A DNA stretch of 63,961 bases, filler included, from Reticulomyxa filosa (lineage: Eukaryota > Protista > Foraminifera): NCBI GenBank assembly GCA_000512085.1. It is 21 parts of 21 records of this genome, joined end to end, with 100 filler letters (N's around TTAATTAATTAA, not from the genome) between each part and the next. Parts side by side here need not be neighbours in the genome. Positions count along the whole stretch, not along the records: positions 23,588 to 25,990 come from ASPP01018625.1; positions 26,091 to 27,125 come from ASPP01043683.1; positions 27,226 to 31,012 come from ASPP01002967.1; positions 31,113 to 34,188 come from ASPP01017823.1; positions 34,289 to 37,463 come from ASPP01009295.1; positions 37,564 to 40,989 come from ASPP01006790.1; 15 more parts are not named here. The stretch is one strand, 5' to 3'. Below are positions 24,455 to 38,051 of the stretch, in pieces. Within the stretch, counting starts at the first letter, position 1; each line of letters begins with the position of its first letter. The notes below the pieces were generated by a model. The model was not told the origin of the DNA and made no database searches. It worked only from the letters and a program-made list of their open reading frames with translations. A program made the position numbers and the translations under genes.

Positions 24455-25105
24455 TTAAACATGAATTATGTGTTGATGTTGGGTCAGCGATTCGCTAACA
24501 ACAGTGACACCGTTGTAATTATTTTGCATTTGCTTTGGCAATGACGACTTGTGGGTCAAACCTTTGTGGCGTTCCATTTGAATGAGGGTTTGTTCTGCAA
24601 TGACCCCAGTCAATTCATTTTTATGAGTTACATAGATTTTATCGGGATGCAATACATGAAACAACACATAAATTTGGGTCAAAGGCATGTTGGGTGTCAC
24701 CTAATGTCAATATTATGTCAAAGTGTTTTCCCATTTGCTTAAATCTTATATTCGATTTTTTTTTTTTTTTATTTGTCAAAAGAAAAGAGAGGTCGAACTT
24801 GGACAGGAGACAAGTTGATACAAGGCATCCATTCATCAGACGTAAGACAAATGCGATTGAGTCCCTGACGCATAGCATGCTGCATTTGTTCGGACACGTA
24901 ATGTTGAGTATCTTGGCGATGTCCTTTCGATTTGCTAACGGCGCTTCTTTTTTTATGTTTGTGAGCCTTTTTGGCTGCTTTCTTTTTGCCCCGTTTATTG
25001 TTCCGTGTTGTCGAGCCGTGTTTACCAAGTCTTTTATCTTGGCCATTTCCATCGGTACCCTTTGCATTGGTCCCTTTTGCAGTTCCATTGACATGTCCCT
25101 TTTTA

Positions 25106-25140
<35 letters not shown>

Positions 25141-25897
25141 GTCATCGTCGTCGTTACCATCATCATTAACATTTTCATCATTAGCATCATCATTAGCATT
25201 TTTATCATTGTCATTGCCATTGTCATTTTCATCCATGTTTCCATTTGTGTGTCCATAATTATAGTTAAATCCATTCCTTACATTATCGTCAATTTTGTTT
25301 GTGGAAGTCCATAGTTTGTGGTCCAATAAGTGTCGACGTGCAGGTGACTCTATGTTTGTATGTCCGCGCGATTTGTCTCAAATGAGAACATACATACATT
25401 TAAAAAAAAAAATGAAGGAAAAATACCTCTTCCAAATCCTTCGTTTGTCAAAATATCCTCCAGTATTACCCGACTCACTTCGCCGACCAATGTTCGACTG
25501 TTGAAATGCAAAATGGGGAAAAACGCATCGTCGTGTCTTCGCAGCAGCACCGCAATTTCACGTAGCGTTGTCTGCTCATAGATGCACGGGATGTTGCTAT
25601 TGTGTCATGCATGTTGTTGTTGTTGTTGTTTTTCATTCGTAGTAGCCACCCCACTTTCACTCATACACAAGAAAAGAAGAAAACAAAAAAAAAAAAAAAA
25701 AAAAGGGGGAAAACTTGATGTGCATGACGTCACCGGCAACAAAAGGTCTTGGCGGATCATGTTGCGTGTTGATTGGATTATTGGGTGTCAATGGCAACAA
25801 AGGCACACCTTTCAAGTCTAAAATCGAGTCGTATAATGACTGCGAAAATGTCGACGCAAGAGTCCATGCAATAATGACACCAACCAACGTCGGTACT
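24455..25897 (-). CDS. CLC chloride channel/transporter, C-terminal part with two CBS domains (multi-exon)
   Basis: SQSLYDSILDLKGVPLLP, CBS1 (AGDVMH..FFPIL..LVGEVSR), N/D-rich linker, CBS2 (SPVQV|TPNMPLTQIYVLF..IYVTHKNELTGVI). Confidence 0.88.
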
Positions 25898-25911
25898 GTG
25901 TTATCATATGC

Positions 25912-25943
<32 letters not shown>

Positions 25944-26289
25944 ATGTCTATTTATTTATTGCTTTATCTAATCTAAACCAATTGAATGAANNNNNNNNNN
26001 NNNNNNNNNNNNNNNNNNNNNNNNNNNNNNNNNNTTAATTAATTAANNNNNNNNNNNNNNNNNNNNNNNNNNNNNNNNNNNNNNNNNNNNGGAAAAAAAA
26101 AAGGTGTAGCCGCATTTCGGCAATATGGAAAATTTAAGTGTTTTCCATTCTCACCAAGGTCAAAACCTTAGTTGTATGGCTTTATTTTAAGCCAACACTC
26201 TCTAAACTTTTTTTTATGTTTGTTTGATTTCGTTTCTTTATTTATTTTCAAGTTGATGTTGTGTTAACAAATGTGTGATAGGTGCAAGC

Positions 26290-27125
26290 GCGATGAAAAG
26301 GAATGTTGTAGTGATTGTGATCAACGTGATATGTGTGTTAATGCATTTCTTGAGCTATCATACAATAGTCAATCAAAGAATTTACATACAAGAGTTTGTG
26401 GACCGAATGAAAGAGCGATGCTCGAGTCTCTATGTTTTTCAATCATTTTGCTCCAACAACTACTTCATCAACACAAAGAGAGTCGAACACAGTGTGTTCT
26501 TTTTCAATCTCAAGTTGTTCAATCGTTTTTTGGACGAATTCTTGACAAAGTAGTTTTTCTATTTGTTTCGTCTTTTGCTTTACTTAAAAAAAATAAAAAA
26601 AAGCAAATAAATATATATACATATATATTTATTTGGTTTTTTTTTTTTTATACTCAGGACATTAAAATTACCAAAAGGTATTTACTGTTGGATTCTGCAG
26701 TCATTCACTCAGTTGCGAATTGTCAAGTGCGTGTAATGTGTTTTTGACTGTTATGCAATTGAAATGAATGAATGAATAAATGAAATAAATAAATAGAGTC
26801 GACAACATCAAGTATTGCCACTGTTGAAAGAGTGTTTGGAAAGAGTGTCAAATCGACATTTTGTGATGTTGTTGCACTTGGAGGGAGTGCCCCAACACAA
26901 GTGCAGTATTGCCGCGCTGCAAGGCTACGGCAAGATATCCGAGACGACGCTCGACTCGTTTATTGGCGAGGAAAACAACAATAACAACAACTACTACTTG
27001 AATCACGATGGTGGTGTCGTATTCAATTACGGCAAGATCTCAAAGGCAGATTGTGATATCGTGTTCACTCGAAAAGACCTCTTTTTTTTCCCCCTCAAGC
27101 GTGCCGTCAATAAATGGTCCATTAG
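26290..27125 (+). CDS. Hypothetical protein, multi-exon, partial
   Basis: Exon-like ORFs 26275-26553 and 26815-27125 separated by GT-AG low-complexity introns. Confidence 0.45.
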
Positions 27126-27225
27126 NNNNNNNNNNNNNNNNNNNNNNNNNNNNNNNNNNNNNNNNNNNNTTAATTAATTAANNNNNNNNNNNNNNNNNNN
27201 NNNNNNNNNNNNNNNNNNNNNNNNN

Positions 27226-27812
27226 TAATATGGGATGTAAACTTTTCTCCAGATGGAAAATATATTGTATCAGGTTTGCGAGATAATACAATACGATTAT
27301 GGGATGCACATTCTGGAATTGAGATAAAACAATTGTTAGGACAGTCAAAAAATGTTTTAAGTACACAATTTTCATCAGATTGTAAAATGATTGTATCATC
27401 ATCAAATGATAACACAATTGATTTGTGGAATGTAGAGTCTGGTAAGTTGTTGAAACAATTCAAAGGACATTCCAGTCGTGTAATGCGTGCAAAATTTTCT
27501 CCAGATGGTAAATTTATTATTTCCTGTTCATTGGATGATACAATTCGAATATGGAATATTGAAACAGGATTAGAATGGAAAATATTGAAAGAACATTCAC
27601 ATCATGTGAATGATATAAAATATCTTCCAGATGGTCAAACAATTGTATCGTGCTCAAGTGATAATACAATTCGATTATGGAATGTAGAATCAGGGGAGAG
27701 AGTACAAATCTTGGAAGGACATTCTCAAGCTGTGAGATGTGTGGATGTATCTCAAAATGGAAATATAATTGCATCAGGTTCTACTGATTGTACAATTCGA
27801 ATTTGGGGATGA
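27226..27812 (+). CDS. WD40-repeat protein, 5'-partial
   Basis: Repeated GH...FSPDG...DNTIRLWD/N units ending in IRIWG*. Confidence 0.92.
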
Positions 27813-28224
27813 TTGAGATTTACACAAATAAATATAATTTTTCTTTTTAATTTGTGTTCTTTTTCAATACAATTTTTATTATTCTTGAACTTTGACGTCT
27901 TAACACTTGAAACATTTTTTTCAATTTTTGCTATTATAAGTACTGCAAATAATTTCTTACAATTTAAATGTAAAATGATCAGTATTTCTGTCGTCAGCAA
28001 CATATTGTATTTGGTGAATTTTTTTTTCCGTGTTTATATATCGCAGAAAATCATACCACAATACAAAAAATTACTTTGTTTACAGTTACTCAAAATGTCT
28101 TTGTTTTTTTTCACAAAGAGTTTTGATATGGCCACTTCTTTTGTGTGTTTTTTTAAAAAATTCTACAAAAGTGTAACATTATTTTTATCGCAAGTAGGAT
28201 ATCTATGTGATCTTATAGGATAAA

Positions 28225-29480
28225 GATGATGCTACTTCTCCACCTGTAGCTCAAAAAGGGGTCTTTTTGTTTATTTGTTTACTTGTTTGTTTTCCTTCCT
28301 CCCTCTTATGTTGTGGCCAGATTTTTAATGTGATAAAAACAGTGCAATCCACCAAACCTGCGTCGAAGAATTACTTATTTGACTCCAACGATGATGAAAT
28401 TGCGAAAACAGTAGCAAAAAGTGATGATGAAGAAGAAGGAGACAAATCGCAATTGAAAAAAAAAAAGCAGAGTCATCAAAACCAGTGGATAAACAACAGG
28501 AGTAGACCGAAGAGAAGGTATTGGAACCAGAGCCCTGAGCATGCAATACAGAAACGAGAAGAGTAATCGAAAGAGCCAAAGGAAAGCGAAAAAGAATAAG
28601 CACATCCTGAAGCGTCTTCCAAGCCAATGATGAAAGGCAAGTTGGGAGAAATTTGGCCATTTAGTATTCAGCCCACTTGCATTGAGACCAGACACAAAGG
28701 CTCCAATCAAACGTCCACAAAACAGTGGCGCCATGATTTTGGACAAACTGACTTAGCAATCCAATCAAAAAAAGAAATAGCAAAAAAAAGAGAAGAAGAA
28801 GCCGAACATGTTTCACATATGAATGTAAATCTTGTTGAACATCGATTGAATATATTTGACAATGCTAAAAGTGACTGGACTATTATCGCATCTGCAAAAA
28901 TTGTACGTAGAGTTATATTTTGTCTGTGTAAAGAAATAATTGTTATACCAATATATTTCTGATCTTTGTGTTGTTGGAATATATCACTTAGAAAAATCCT
29001 CTTGGTGCAGGAGATGATCGTGACACTATTAAGGATCATGTTGACGGCGTGGTCACAGCTCCAACGAAAGATAAAAAAAAAGTCAGATGATATGGTCGAT
29101 GCAGATGAGACCACTTTGAAAAAAAAGAAACGAAATTGACTCCAGCTGCTGCCGTTAGTACTGCTGTTGGGAGTAAAGCTGAGAAAAGTGAAAAAAAACA
29201 GATACCACTGAGACGCAGACTAACAAAAAATTTGCAACTTTGAACAGTGTTCAGGAAGACAACATTGCTCAACAGTCAAGTGGCGAGATAAAAAGAAAGG
29301 ATCAAATGCAACTAAAGATTTGTTTAAGAACGAAGACGACGATGATTTCAAACCAATTCAAAAAAAGAACATATTAAAAAAAACTAAAACACTAGTTGAC
29401 GGCGATGATTATGAATTCCCAACTTCCACCAAAAAAACATAATAAAAAGAAAAAAGGATTGGATGAAATTGAAATAATTA
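28225..29480 (+). pseudogene. Possible decayed K/D/E-rich coding sequence
   Basis: Short, frame-switching low-complexity ORFs on the + strand. Confidence 0.3.
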
Positions 29481-31229
29481 AGCTTTTTAATGTAAATTCT
29501 GAAACAAGGCTATTCAATTGTGCTATCAATAAACTTAAATTATTAATTGCTCAGACAATGCTCATGATCCAAGTTTTAATATTTAAATTCTCATTGTCAT
29601 TAGACAACAAGAACTTTTCAAAAAAATTTTGTGTTACATTCTTTTTTATTTCATCACTTTTATTAAAAAAAAATGTTCATTATTTTTCAAGTGAGAAATT
29701 TAATAATAAGTCAGCTATTTTCAAAAGAATTTAATTTTATTTAAGCGGCCTTCTGAACACATGTTTATGATATCAAAAATAACTTTTTTGGCCTTCAAAA
29801 ACTGTCAGAGATTTTTTTGCAGAAACAGCTTTTTTTTGACTGTTCAAAAGTGAACCAAACGAGGGAAAAAATAAATTTGTTTCTGACCCAGAAATACTAC
29901 AAAGATTATAATATTTATGTTCGTTCAAGCAATGCTATTCTCTTGTATTCGTTCATGTATCTTTTGCTTTTCCTTGAAATTGCTTCTTTTTTTACTCTTT
30001 TTGCAAATTACTTTGTGTGATAAGAATAATCTCTTTTATTTCCTCCATCAAAAGACATTAAAGATTAAATATGATCTATTTTAGAAAATTTTTTATTGTT
30101 TTGAATGTTATTACTTTTTTCATTGGATTTTCTTATCATTTTTTAAAATAGAATTTAATCATAATAGACTACGTTTATCTCTTTTTTGTCTTTCAGTATT
30201 TTAGAAAATGTTAATTTTAATTTATCAGTTAAGTTTTTTTTTAAATTAATTGTTGCCGTACTGGAAATTGTAATGTGTGCGGACTAACTTCGATGGATGA
30301 CAAAAAAAATATCTATTCTTTTAATTGATATTTCATATTGAAATGAAAATGTTGTAAAAAAATGTGAATGAGAGATTGTTTGTTTTGAAAAATGGAAAAA
30401 CTATAATATAGACTTTTTATAAGTATTTTTGAATATTTTCAATGAAGAAAATAATAAAAAAATTTTTTAATGTTGAAGAAAATTGAATCGTATATGTGAT
30501 TTTAATAATGGACTGAAAATATTGATAAGAGAAGGGAGATAAAGCTTTTTTTGTTATTTTGGGGGTGTGGAAAAAAATGGAAAATTTATAATACTTGATG
30601 ATATATATTTTGTATTTTCTTTAAATGTGATAAAAAAATTTTTATTCAAATTTTTAATGTTGTCGTCATTGTATTACAGCACTTTGCAATTGATTTTATC
30701 TTGATTTTGCTATTTGCGAAAAAGTTTCAATCAAATCAAACAAGTTTAATATAACCTTATTTTTCTTTTAATCAAACTTTTCAAACAACAATTTCATTTT
30801 TTATCCGATAAAAAGTAAACTATCCCCAAATACGAATGGGACCTTTGTGTGAACCATAACACAAATTCAGATCATATTTAACACCATTTGTCTTATCTTT
30901 CTTTTTCAATTCAATAAATTTAAGACAAATTATTTCATTATCTTCTTTCTCATCTCCTTTGATCATAAATAATTCATTCTTATTTGATCGAATATCCCAA
31001 AATCGAATTGTANNNNNNNNNNNNNNNNNNNNNNNNNNNNNNNNNNNNNNNNNNNNTTAATTAATTAANNNNNNNNNNNNNNNNNNNNNNNNNNNNNNNN
31101 NNNNNNNNNNNNAAAAAAAAAAAAAAAAAAAAATTTAGAAAAACAATGGACGATGCTTGAAAAAAAAATTTTGTTTTGGATAACATTTTACAATAACAAA
31201 TATTAACGTGATGCGAAAGTGATTGTGCG

Positions 31230-32072
31230 AAAAAAAAAGACATTGACGAAGACAATTGGGACAAGTTCAAACATGACTTGTGTAAAGTACCCTTTTATCG
31301 TAACCGAGAAAGTGTCGAAAAAAGTGGCGTCGATTGGAATTTGCTTTGCAAAGTAGACGGTGTCGTGTTGTTGCCAAGACACGCGGAAGAAAGCAACGAT
31401 GCAATGCAAAACAGAATTACCAATTCAAGTGAAAATAAAAACAAAGCATCGCAAACTGCAATTCCAACGCAATTAGTATCCGACATGCTCGTCTCGGAAC
31501 AATCGTTACGAGTACGCGCCATTCATGATGAAAGGCTTTTTTTGATGGCGTGCATTCTTCATTTGGCGGACATTTCTAATCCTGCTAGACCCATTGCGAT
31601 CGCTTCTTTATGGGCACAACGGATCCGAGAAGAATTTTTTGCTCAAGTATTGCATGCGTATATACATATACATATATATATATACGTATACGTATATGCA
31701 TATATGTACTTTTCTTTTTTTTTTTTTTTATAAAAAAAATCCCTCTAGTTTATTTGCACGCAGGAACGGAAAAATTCCAAAAGAGAGTCCATTACTCTCA
31801 TTGAACCACATAGCGGTAGATGCATGTCTGTGTCTATGTATGTGTGAAACTAGGGAGATGAAGAAAAAAGCTTGGGAATCACGGTAAAACCTACAATGGA
31901 CCGCTTTTCAGGGATTACTATTGCCCAGGCATCGATTGGATTCATTGAATATGTCCTGCTGGAGTTCTTTGAATTGATGGTTGGTCAGCTGCTGCGAGAT
32001 CGCCAAATTGCACTTGATCATTTAAAAAAAAATTTGATATATTGGAAAGGTCAAGCAAAAAAAGACACGTGA
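31230..32072 (+). CDS. Class I cyclic-nucleotide phosphodiesterase, C-terminal exons
   Basis: LHLADISNPARP, WAQRIREEFFAQ|GDEEKSLG..MDR, IGFIEYV. Intron 31647-31853. Confidence 0.92.
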
Positions 32073-32882
32073 ACGAAATATATGTGCATTTTTGAGATTT
32101 GTGATTAAAGGAGAGGACACGGCAAGCTAGAAGGAAAGATTGTTTGTGATATTGTTTGCCAAACAATGTCACAAACAAACTTGTCTTTATTTTATTTTAT
32201 TTTATTTTTTTTTCAAGTTTGTCAGGTGTCCAAAATGTGTTACAAGTCAAAATGCTTTGTACTGAAGTATTCTCAGCAATTGATTGGAAAAATATATAGG
32301 TTTTTTTTTTTGTGTTTGAGAAGAGTTATTTATGCAACTTGTGTGTTATGTGCTGGGTCTTGTCTTATCATGTTTTTGTTATTTGCTTTACAATTCATTG
32401 TATGGTTTTGATGCTTGTGTTGGAATTAGAGTGGTTAAAAAAAATGGAGATAAAGAACCCTCTTTTGAACTTTTTTTTTAAAATTTTAGTTTGTTTTCAG
32501 ATTATTGTTTTGAGTTTCCTCGTTTAACACTGAGTTATTATCTCTATTGCCATTCTGCAAGCTGCTTTCTCATCATTGATAATTTCAGCAATTGATCGGA
32601 CTTTGACAATACAGCGCCGAACATTCAATTACTCGTTTTTGTGCGAACTGCAAAAGTACTTTTGGATTATAGCTGCCGAAACAAAGGTTAGAACCTCACC
32701 AAAAAAAAAAAAAAAAAAGTTCATTAGATCTAATTTGATTTCAACACTTTGATATTTTCGCTTGCTTTTTTTTTTGTATTATTCCTTTGGTGAAAAGACT
32801 AGAGAGAGAGAGAGGAAAAAAACAAAGCGAAACTAAAAATATCAAAAAGAAGTAACAAACGAAAAAAAAGTACAAGTGAAGA

Positions 32883-33179
32883 ATGTCACAACCAAATCGA
32901 AGCTCAGCCACTACAGGGAAGACGAGCAAATCCAGAGATTCATTTCCACACTATTCGCATCAAGCCCAAACAGGCCTGCACCCAGAAATGCTCAAGTACA
33001 TTGAATCGACATCACTTCATCTCTCCACTACAGTTTCAGTTGAGTGTTAATTGTCATTGTCGCAAAGAGAGATATTGGATAACAAATAGCCTCATCGACA
33101 TACCCTTTCACTAAACATTAGAGTTTGTGTACGTGTCTATTCGAACATGCAAGCAAAACAAACAAAGAGATACTTAATA

Positions 33180-33223
<44 letters not shown>

Positions 33224-34165
33224 TAATAAATAATAACAATTAACACACAACTCAACGCATCACAAAGGAGCGTGTGATCATAGTGGCAGTGGAGTTTGCA
33301 AAGCATGGCGATGTTAAGTCGTTTGTGAAATTGCTAACCGATTTTCGCGGGCAGTACAACATGAACGACACTATTTCATTTTACACAAGAGGACAAATCG
33401 TTTACGTGGCCATTTTGTTTGTTTTCATTTTTTTTTTTTTTGTTGGTTGTGTTTGTGGTTTTTGATTGGTTGAGTCCTTAAAAAAAAAAAAAAAAACGAA
33501 AATATACGTCAAAGGACATGTATCATAGTATATACATAAACATACATATACTTATATGTATATTTATATTTATGTGTATATAATATATACATATATATAT
33601 GTATGGTGTCTGTGTTTAAAAAAAAAAAAAAAAGAAATATTGGTCGTTGGTTCATGTGTTATGTTCAGAGTATCCTCATGTCCAATGTTTGCGTTTTTTA
33701 TTGCAACTGTTTCCGCATGAACGATGCCACAAAACAATAAATGAGCAATACAGTCCATTGGACCTTGCCATAAGCTACGAAAATTATGAAATAATCCAAG
33801 TGCTGCTGCGCTATGAAGGATTACACAATCACGACTTTTATCACTACTCATTGTACGCCGATAAGTACTTGACGCATACGAGCATCATTCACATCTTTTT
33901 GCATCGAATGCGAATGTCGTTGACCACGGAAGAGTTTGACGTTGTCATCAACTCTTTGCGGATTGTCTTAATATCACTAATCCAAGATCGCCAAATGTTT
34001 CCGCCAGACATTTTCAATTTGATTTGGACATTTCAGTACCATTTCAAACACGATCAGTCTCTCTTTGTCGCCATTGAAAACAAATTACAATCCATTTTGG
34101 ATTGTTCCACCTTGTATCAAAGTGATCAAGATTGGGAATGGTTTAAAATGATGTTTTTGAACGGT
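32883..34165 (+). CDS. Ankyrin-repeat-like protein, N-terminal exons
   Basis: AVEFAKHGDVKSFVKLL, LVHVLCSEYPHVQCLRFLL, YSPLDLAISYENYEIIQVLL. Confidence 0.6.
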
Positions 34166-34380
34166 TCACAACTTTACATATACATATANNNNNNNNNNNN
34201 NNNNNNNNNNNNNNNNNNNNNNNNNNNNNNNNTTAATTAATTAANNNNNNNNNNNNNNNNNNNNNNNNNNNNNNNNNNNNNNNNNNNNTTTTTTTTTTTT
34301 GAAGACAATAATCATCCCAAAAAATTTTTTGCTCTGAGAAAAATGTCATTCGTTGAAAACAAAAACATCAATCTATAGAA

Positions 34381-36693
34381 GACCCCGCATTAATAAAAGG
34401 GTTTCGCTTGTTATTGTGTTTTACAACATTGATCGGAATTGCGAATGCCTATGTGTTTACTTTTATGCATATCGATTCATTGTTTCGAAGCCGTACTGAG
34501 CAGGTCACAAAAAAAAAAAAAAAATTGTTATAATTAAAAATTATCGATTACCACTTTTGAGTTTTTTAAGTTTGATAAAATTTAATTTTTTTTTCCAAAA
34601 AAAAAAAAAAAAAAAGAAAAAACCTCCACGTTGGTTTGAAGTGAGCTGGAAAACGCTTGGATTCGTGCACGTGGTGGTCCTCGTGGGTTGCTACGGGAGT
34701 GCATTTGGGATAAACCCCCAAACCGACTTTGCCATAACGGTGTATTATATCTTTCAAAATTTGAATATTGCAGTGGGCTGTGTCATTGTGCTCGTGTGCA
34801 TTGTAGCTGTGCGAAGACAAGTCCATCTCGCCATGACTCAGAGTGGACCCAATTCAATAGCGGCCAAAGGCGATGCCAACTCGCAACAGATGGCCATGAT
34901 GCAGTTGCTGCGTATGCATCGCAAACTCAACTTCATCATTTCTTGCATTGCCTTCATTGCACTGTTGTCGGGTCTGTTTACAAACGTATTTATGTAAATA
35001 GAAGCATAGTATACACAAATGTACATAAACATTTTTTTGTTATCCCCTTTTACAAAGTGCACGTGTGCATGCACTTGGGTACGTGTGTTGATTGATTATC
35101 AGAAAAACACAACAAAAAAGATTAAAAATGAGTGTTACATTTTTTTTTGTCATTATTTTTAATTTTTCACGTGTTTATGATGTGTGTGTGTGTATACATT
35201 GCATAAACATATATGTATATATGTTGTTGTAAAAAAAAAAAAAGTATATCAATTATGGAGTCATTCGAACAAATTGGCATCGCAACGGGCAACGCGGGTA
35301 TCGTTAAAATCGAACCCTTTTCCGACAATAACTTCGTTTATATTGCATTGGGCGTTTGCAGTGATTCTGATAGTGGTATTTTGTGCGTCGACGTATACAT
35401 CAACAAGTATTAAAAACAGTAGTCCATCCAACCCAAACCTGTTCACGCTGTGTTGTCCGGTTCTCGCTCTGTTATGTGGCTGGACAGTAGGAAAAAACGG
35501 AGAAGAAAGAGAAAGAGGAGCAGAATTGGAAGCACAGAAACAGCAACAAGCGCAGGAAGAAAAACCAGAAAAAAATGAACAAAAAGAGAAAGAAAATAAT
35601 GGCGAGAAAAAGGATGAAAAGGACAAAGACGTGGGCAAGGATAAGGATCAGGAAGAAGATGAAGAGGAAGAGAGGGATGAAGAAGAAGAGAGGGATGAAG
35701 AAGAAGAGAGGGACGAAGAGGAGGAAAGAGACAAGGCAAACGAACTTCCGCCCAAAAGAAAAAATGTCTCCATCCGTATGGCAAACAATGAACACAAAAG
35801 CAAAGAAGTAACCAAAGCCAATGAAGACACCACAGATATGAGGAATTCACAGTCCGAAGATGCCAATCCCAGTCGGTTGCATCATAAGAAGGGCCATCAA
35901 ACTGGAGCCAATGAAAAACATCACTTTCCAAAAACTTATGAAAATTCCAACAAACAAGTAACCTTATTTATTTTATTTTATTTTTTTTGATTGGGTCCAA
36001 ATTTAAAAAGTCACCCAATCAAAAAAATAAAAATAAAAATAGCACACAGAAGAGCAGTCATCATTTTTAGGACTGGAGGATGAAAAAAGACGAAACACCA
36101 TAACAGCTCCTTCTACGGCAATAGGCGAAGAAAAGTTTCACAATGTGCTAAGCAGCACGAATAGCAGTGTCGATGGAATAAAAATGAAAGTAATTGTATA
36201 TTTTTGGGATAATGTGTTCCAAAGTAAAATGGGAGCATTTGCAGAGTGCACTGAGGCTTTGGTGGCGTCAATGCATGACAAAGATCTCATTGAGAAAATT
36301 GGCAACGAGGCGTTGTTCCAATTAATCAAAATACATTTCGACTTGTTGCGCAAAAAACAAGTGGTTGTTTGCTTATTGGCCAATATGAATTCCAATGTTC
36401 TAATTTCTTTATTAAAGCGAATGGAAGTTGATCAGGATATGATTGTCAGTAAATATCACCAAATCATTGGCTGGGACAATCCCTTCCGGACCATGGACGG
36501 ATCTTCTTTACAAAGCATTTTGCTTCAAATTATCAAACATTTCAACTGCCCTCACGAAAGCCTCTTATACGTTGATTGCTACGATGCTCTGCTAAAGGCT
36601 TTGGATAAAATACATTTGTGTCGTACTTTTCTTGTGCAAAAACGGGGACACATCTCACTCCAAGAATTGGAGTTGATTGAAAGAATGGTGTAA
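34381..36693 (+). CDS. Multi-pass membrane protein with acidic linker and C-terminal degenerate HAD-like domain, 5'-partial
   Basis: Several TM helices in exons, (EEEERD)x4, in-frame intron 35958-36042, then KVIVYFWDNVF...VVCLLAN...IIKHFNCPHESLLYVD. Confidence 0.6.
35661..35733 (+). repeat. 18-bp coding tandem repeat (EEEERD)x4
   Basis: gaagaRgaagagagggat units. Confidence 0.85.
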
Positions 36694-36914
36694 TATTTTT
36701 TCAAATGTCAACTTGTTCAACTTGCGACTGCACTTTCTTTACAAAAAAAAGTACTTTCTACTCGAATTTTCTTTCTTTTTTTTTTTGCATTTTCGGAACA
36801 ACATCAGAAGGTCAACATACAAGAATCCGGGACATAAAATTAGAACAATCAACGTATCATTCCAGTTTTTTCTTTTTAAAAAAGGAGCACTGAATGTTTA
36901 AAGATAACATATAA

Positions 36915-37430
36915 ATGCTTAATCACGTGATTGACCTATTTGTTCTTGGCTCGTTACTCCCAAACAATGTGGAGAAACAAAGCCAATGGCTTGTCCCAAT
37001 CCAATGGGACACAACATCAAGCTTGAAGCCCGACGCCGCACAACAGCATGCGATAATGTTGTCTGATTTCGAATCTTCATTTACATCAATGTCTGACGAT
37101 CTCCTGCAATACGTGAATAGTGGAGGACAAGTGATTGCACTACGTGGCGATTCATTTTTGCAATCGTCATTTTTTACTTCAGTGTTATGGCCTTACTCTC
37201 ACTGTGGCAAAAAAGGTTTACACATCGACATAGAATCAACTCACAAAAGCGATGAGTGTGACAATGGAGACATCCGTCTTCCTGACACTTGGAACGAATG
37301 TGTTGACACCGAATTTTCTTTTTTTTCAGACACTCCTCCATGTTACAAAGCATTTCAAATGCAAATCGGGCAAGGACAGATTTTGGTTCTGTCTTGGGAC
37401 GGTCAAGAAAAGAAAGAGTTACTTTTTTAA
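36915..37430 (+). CDS. Hypothetical protein, probably 3'-partial
   Basis: 171-aa ATG ORF with coding-like composition, ending near intron-like poly-T. Confidence 0.55.
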   Translation: MLNHVIDLFVLGSLLPNNVEKQSQWLVPIQWDTTSSLKPDAAQQHAIMLSDFESSFTSMSDDLLQYVNSGGQVIALRGDSFLQSSFFTSVLWPYSHCGKKGLHIDIESTHKSDECDNGDIRLPDTWNECVDTEFSFFSDTPPCYKAFQMQIGQGQILVLSWDGQEKKELLF

Positions 37431-37563
37431 TTTAATATGTACCCCCTTTTTTTTTTTTTTTTTNNNNNNNNNNNNNNNNNNNNNNNNNNNNNNNNNNNNN
37501 NNNNNNNTTAATTAATTAANNNNNNNNNNNNNNNNNNNNNNNNNNNNNNNNNNNNNNNNNNNN

Positions 37564-37605
<42 letters not shown>

Positions 37606-37669
37606 GTATATATATATTAATGTTTATAGTTTGTATATTAATATAAAGATCAAAAGCATAAGATACAAC

Positions 37670-37999
37670 ATACAACAATGATAGAGGACGATAAATGAAT
37701 TACAGCTAGAAAATAACAAGTTAAGATATGACGTGCAAATGAAAGAAAAGCAACTTGCAGAGACAACAAATGAAGCACAAAAAGTAAAACGAGACTTTCA
37801 ACAAGATATATTGAAAACTCGTGCCGACTTTGAATTGATGAAAAAGGCTTTTGTTGAAAAGCAGCAATACCAACTGTCTCAGTATGAAAAGTTGGTGCAA
37901 TTATTAAAAGAAAAAGACCAGCAGTTAATTCAATGTTATCAACAGAATATTCAACATAAAGATGAAGAAAAAGAAGAGAAAAAAGAAGAAATTAATGAC

Positions 38000-38051
<52 letters not shown>

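Noticed and set aside
24639-25314. Long overlapping ORFs in several frames (also 35261-35931, 37925-38169 and the GC-rich contigs)
   Set aside because: Shadow ORFs from trinucleotide repeats or high GC on the antisense strand of real genes.
28330-29360. LF-acidic words suggesting a FAM21/WASHC2-like gene
   Set aside because: Only about two such words in frame-disrupted low-complexity sequence, which is insufficient.
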